The position numbers were made by a program, and so were the translations under genes. The notes under the pieces are model-generated. The model was not told the DNA's origin and made no database searches. It saw only the letters and a list, made by a program, of their open reading frames with translations. From IMG/VR virus record IMGVR_UViG_2897369580_000003, positions 1 to 38,319 of that record: DNA of 38,319 nucleotides, one strand, 5' to 3'. This document shows, one piece after another, positions 36,391-38,319 of this stretch (its first letter is position 1; every line of letters begins with the position of its first letter). Origin of the DNA: a virus (taxonomy: Duplodnaviria > Heunggongvirae > Uroviricota > Caudoviricetes).

Positions 36391-38319
36391 ATGCATCGTA
36401 TAGACACGAAAACCGCGCAGAAGGATAAGTTCGGCGCGGGTAAGAACGGTTTTACCCGTGGTAACCCCCAGACCGGCACACCTGCCACCGATCTGGATGA
36501 TGACTACTTTGACATGTTGCAGGAAGAACTTTGTAGCGTGGTGGAGGCCTCCGGTGCCAGCCTGGAGAAGGAGCGGCACGACCAGTTGCTTACCGCGCTT
36601 CGTGCGCTGCTGTTAAGCCGCAAGAATCCGTTTGGTGATATCAAATCGGACGGCACAGTACCAACGGCTCTCGAAAACCTTGGATTTACAGACCCGGATG
36701 ACGGGGATTCCCTGGTAGCAGTTAAACAGGACCTGGAGAATGCTGTTATCCGAAATCAGCACGACAAAAACGCAGAGATTATTAGTGTGAGGGATTTTGG
36801 GGCTATCGGTGACGGTATTGCTGACGACACTGCGGCGATACAGCGGGCAATTGACTCGGTTCCGGCAGGATCGCGACTGGGATTCTGGAGAGGAAAGTAT
36901 TTGTTCGACACTGTAACGTTGTCAAAACCCATTGTTCTGGTGGGAGATGCAGACCTGGTTCACAACGGATTCGTTATAAAATCAAGTAATATAACATCGT
37001 TATTAACGGGCATGCAGACCTGTCGTGAATACCATCATTCAGCCAGGGCGTTTTCGTGTAATGCCCACCAGGACTTATCTGACTACAAAAATATAAAAAT
37101 CCTGTTCAACAAGTTTGCGGGTTTTTTCTACGCAACTGATATAACAGCCAGGGATTACGATGCGATGTCTGACAATCCGGATAATCGAGTTGTCAGTGAT
37201 ACCCTGATACTTGGTTGTACGTCAGTAGCCCCTGAGGGTGTAAACGCCGGGCACTTTCAGCATATAGGGGTAACCAACGCAAAGTGCGTCGGCAATTCAA
37301 CGCACGGAGGGAAAAACGCGACCTCATACAATTTTATCAACGGGAACGGATATCTGATTGTTCAGGGTAATTACGATTACGGAAATACTTATGGCTCCTG
37401 TGAGGTTGAAAACGATTCCAGTAATACAGTAATTTCCGGGAACGCATTCAGGGGCAAAATCTGGATTGATGACAGCAGCAACGTCACTGTCAACGGAAAC
37501 ACCGTTAACGACGACATTTTGATTACGTCCCAGACTGACGATGTGCGAAACGTTCTGGTTGCAGGGAATACGGCCAAACGAATAGTCGTTCAGCAATTTG
37601 GAGACGAACCTGTCGGCTGGGCATACGATTGTCATATACAGGGAAATCTGACAACGGGTAATCTGGAATACGAACACGATATTCTGTTGTCGTCACTGAT
37701 TAGCGGAACAGTGGAAAATAATCGCCTGAACGGAGAATCGAAATATTCTATTGGTATTATACGTCATCACAATACGGACCTGATAATACGTAACAATACC
37801 GGGAAACGAGAAGCCATTATTTCTGGTAGTGGCGGAAGAATAATCGATTACGCAAATATAGGTTTTAATGTATTTACTCAGTCAGACAGTCGACACATTT
37901 CCACACTATTGACCCCGGTGTCGGATTATCTTGATTTACCAGGAAAATACTTGCACGGAACTAAATACGCCGGACAACTGATACCAGGCGGGAATACTGT
38001 TATTTTGCTACCAGTACCAGATGTAAAAAACTTAGTTTTCAGGGCGATATCGCTGTGGGTGCTAATCCGTGACCCTGCAAATAACAATATATCCAGCTAC
38101 AGAATTGATGGGGTTTTCAAGGTTGTAGGTTCATACGTGTCAATAAGTTTTGGAGCTCCTTATTCAGTTCTGGGAGTCGATTCCGGATTTGTGACCGTTG
38201 CGAACCAGGGAAGCACAACAACAGCCATCATGCTGAGCATAACGAATACCCACGAAACGAAAAATCTGCAAGTTACGCTGCTGCCAGCAGTTACCAGCAG
38301 ATTTGGGCTGGACGATTAA
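36391..38319 (+). CDS. Tail fibre / tailspike with a conserved N-terminal anchor and a pectate-lyase-like beta-helix (putative polysaccharide depolymerase) C-terminal part
   Basis: 642 aa; N-terminus [21 protein letters not shown] typical of Mu/P2-type fibre anchors; [23 protein letters not shown] signature of pectate-lyase-fold tailspikes; C-terminal two-thirds visibly more AT-rich. Confidence 0.75.
   Translation: MHRIDTKTAQKDKFGAGKNGFTRGNPQTGTPATDLDDDYFDMLQEELCSVVEASGASLEKERHDQLLTALRALLLSRKNPFGDIKSDGTVPTALENLGFTDPDDGDSLVAVKQDLENAVIRNQHDKNAEIISVRDFGAIGDGIADDTAAIQRAIDSVPAGSRLGFWRGKYLFDTVTLSKPIVLVGDADLVHNGFVIKSSNITSLLTGMQTCREYHHSARAFSCNAHQDLSDYKNIKILFNKFAGFFYATDITARDYDAMSDNPDNRVVSDTLILGCTSVAPEGVNAGHFQHIGVTNAKCVGNSTHGGKNATSYNFINGNGYLIVQGNYDYGNTYGSCEVENDSSNTVISGNAFRGKIWIDDSSNVTVNGNTVNDDILITSQTDDVRNVLVAGNTAKRIVVQQFGDEPVGWAYDCHIQGNLTTGNLEYEHDILLSSLISGTVENNRLNGESKYSIGIIRHHNTDLIIRNNTGKREAIISGSGGRIIDYANIGFNVFTQSDSRHISTLLTPVSDYLDLPGKYLHGTKYAGQLIPGGNTVILLPVPDVKNLVFRAISLWVLIRDPANNNISSYRIDGVFKVVGSYVSISFGAPYSVLGVDSGFVTVANQGSTTTAIMLSITNTHETKNLQVTLLPAVTSRFGLDD

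Larger units (their letters stand above)
1..38319. mobile_element. Integrated temperate phage (prophage); left junction at about 150-160, right end beyond the window
   Basis: Contiguous integrase, excisionase, repressor/Cro, replication, Q, lysis, terminase, head and contractile-tail genes in canonical order; host gene fragment at the left edge. Confidence 0.9.

Noticed and set aside
1-38319. CRISPR arrays, IS elements or transposase genes
   Set aside because: No regularly spaced direct repeats with unique spacers and no transposase-like ORFs or terminal inverted repeats were found on reading the sequence.

Overview
The window is essentially one integrated temperate phage (prophage) in an enterobacterial-type genome, read from its left integration junction to the end of its tail fibre gene. 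Bases 1-165 carry a promoter-like region and the first 22 codons of what I recognise from memory as prfC (release factor 3), which then runs into phage DNA and a stop codon. The phage is mosaic: a P4-type integrase with an AT-rich cargo gene and an excisionase; a leftward early operon (DUF551, Ea22-like, HD-domain, YfdQ/YfdP-like genes); a lambdoid immunity region (CI-like repressor, divergent Cro-like and YdaT-like genes) flanked by matching palindromic operators; Rha, a replication initiator with internal iterons, a Dam-like methyltransferase, RusA, KilA-N, DUF968 and a Q-type antiterminator; a late promoter/terminator and lysis cassette; HNH-TerS-TerL with an HK97-like head; and a Mu-like contractile tail ending in a tailspike-like fibre. 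The most interesting unexplained items are an AT-rich int-proximal cargo gene with a HEPN-like Rx5H motif, an AT-rich secreted-protein moron inserted after the tape measure gene, a GrlR-like moron after the lysis genes, and structured ORF-free leaders with intrinsic terminators downstream of both early promoters in a phage with no recognisable N gene. No rRNA, tRNA, CRISPR array or IS element was seen. All family assignments are by reading the translations and recalling motifs; no database search was run, so they need confirmation.
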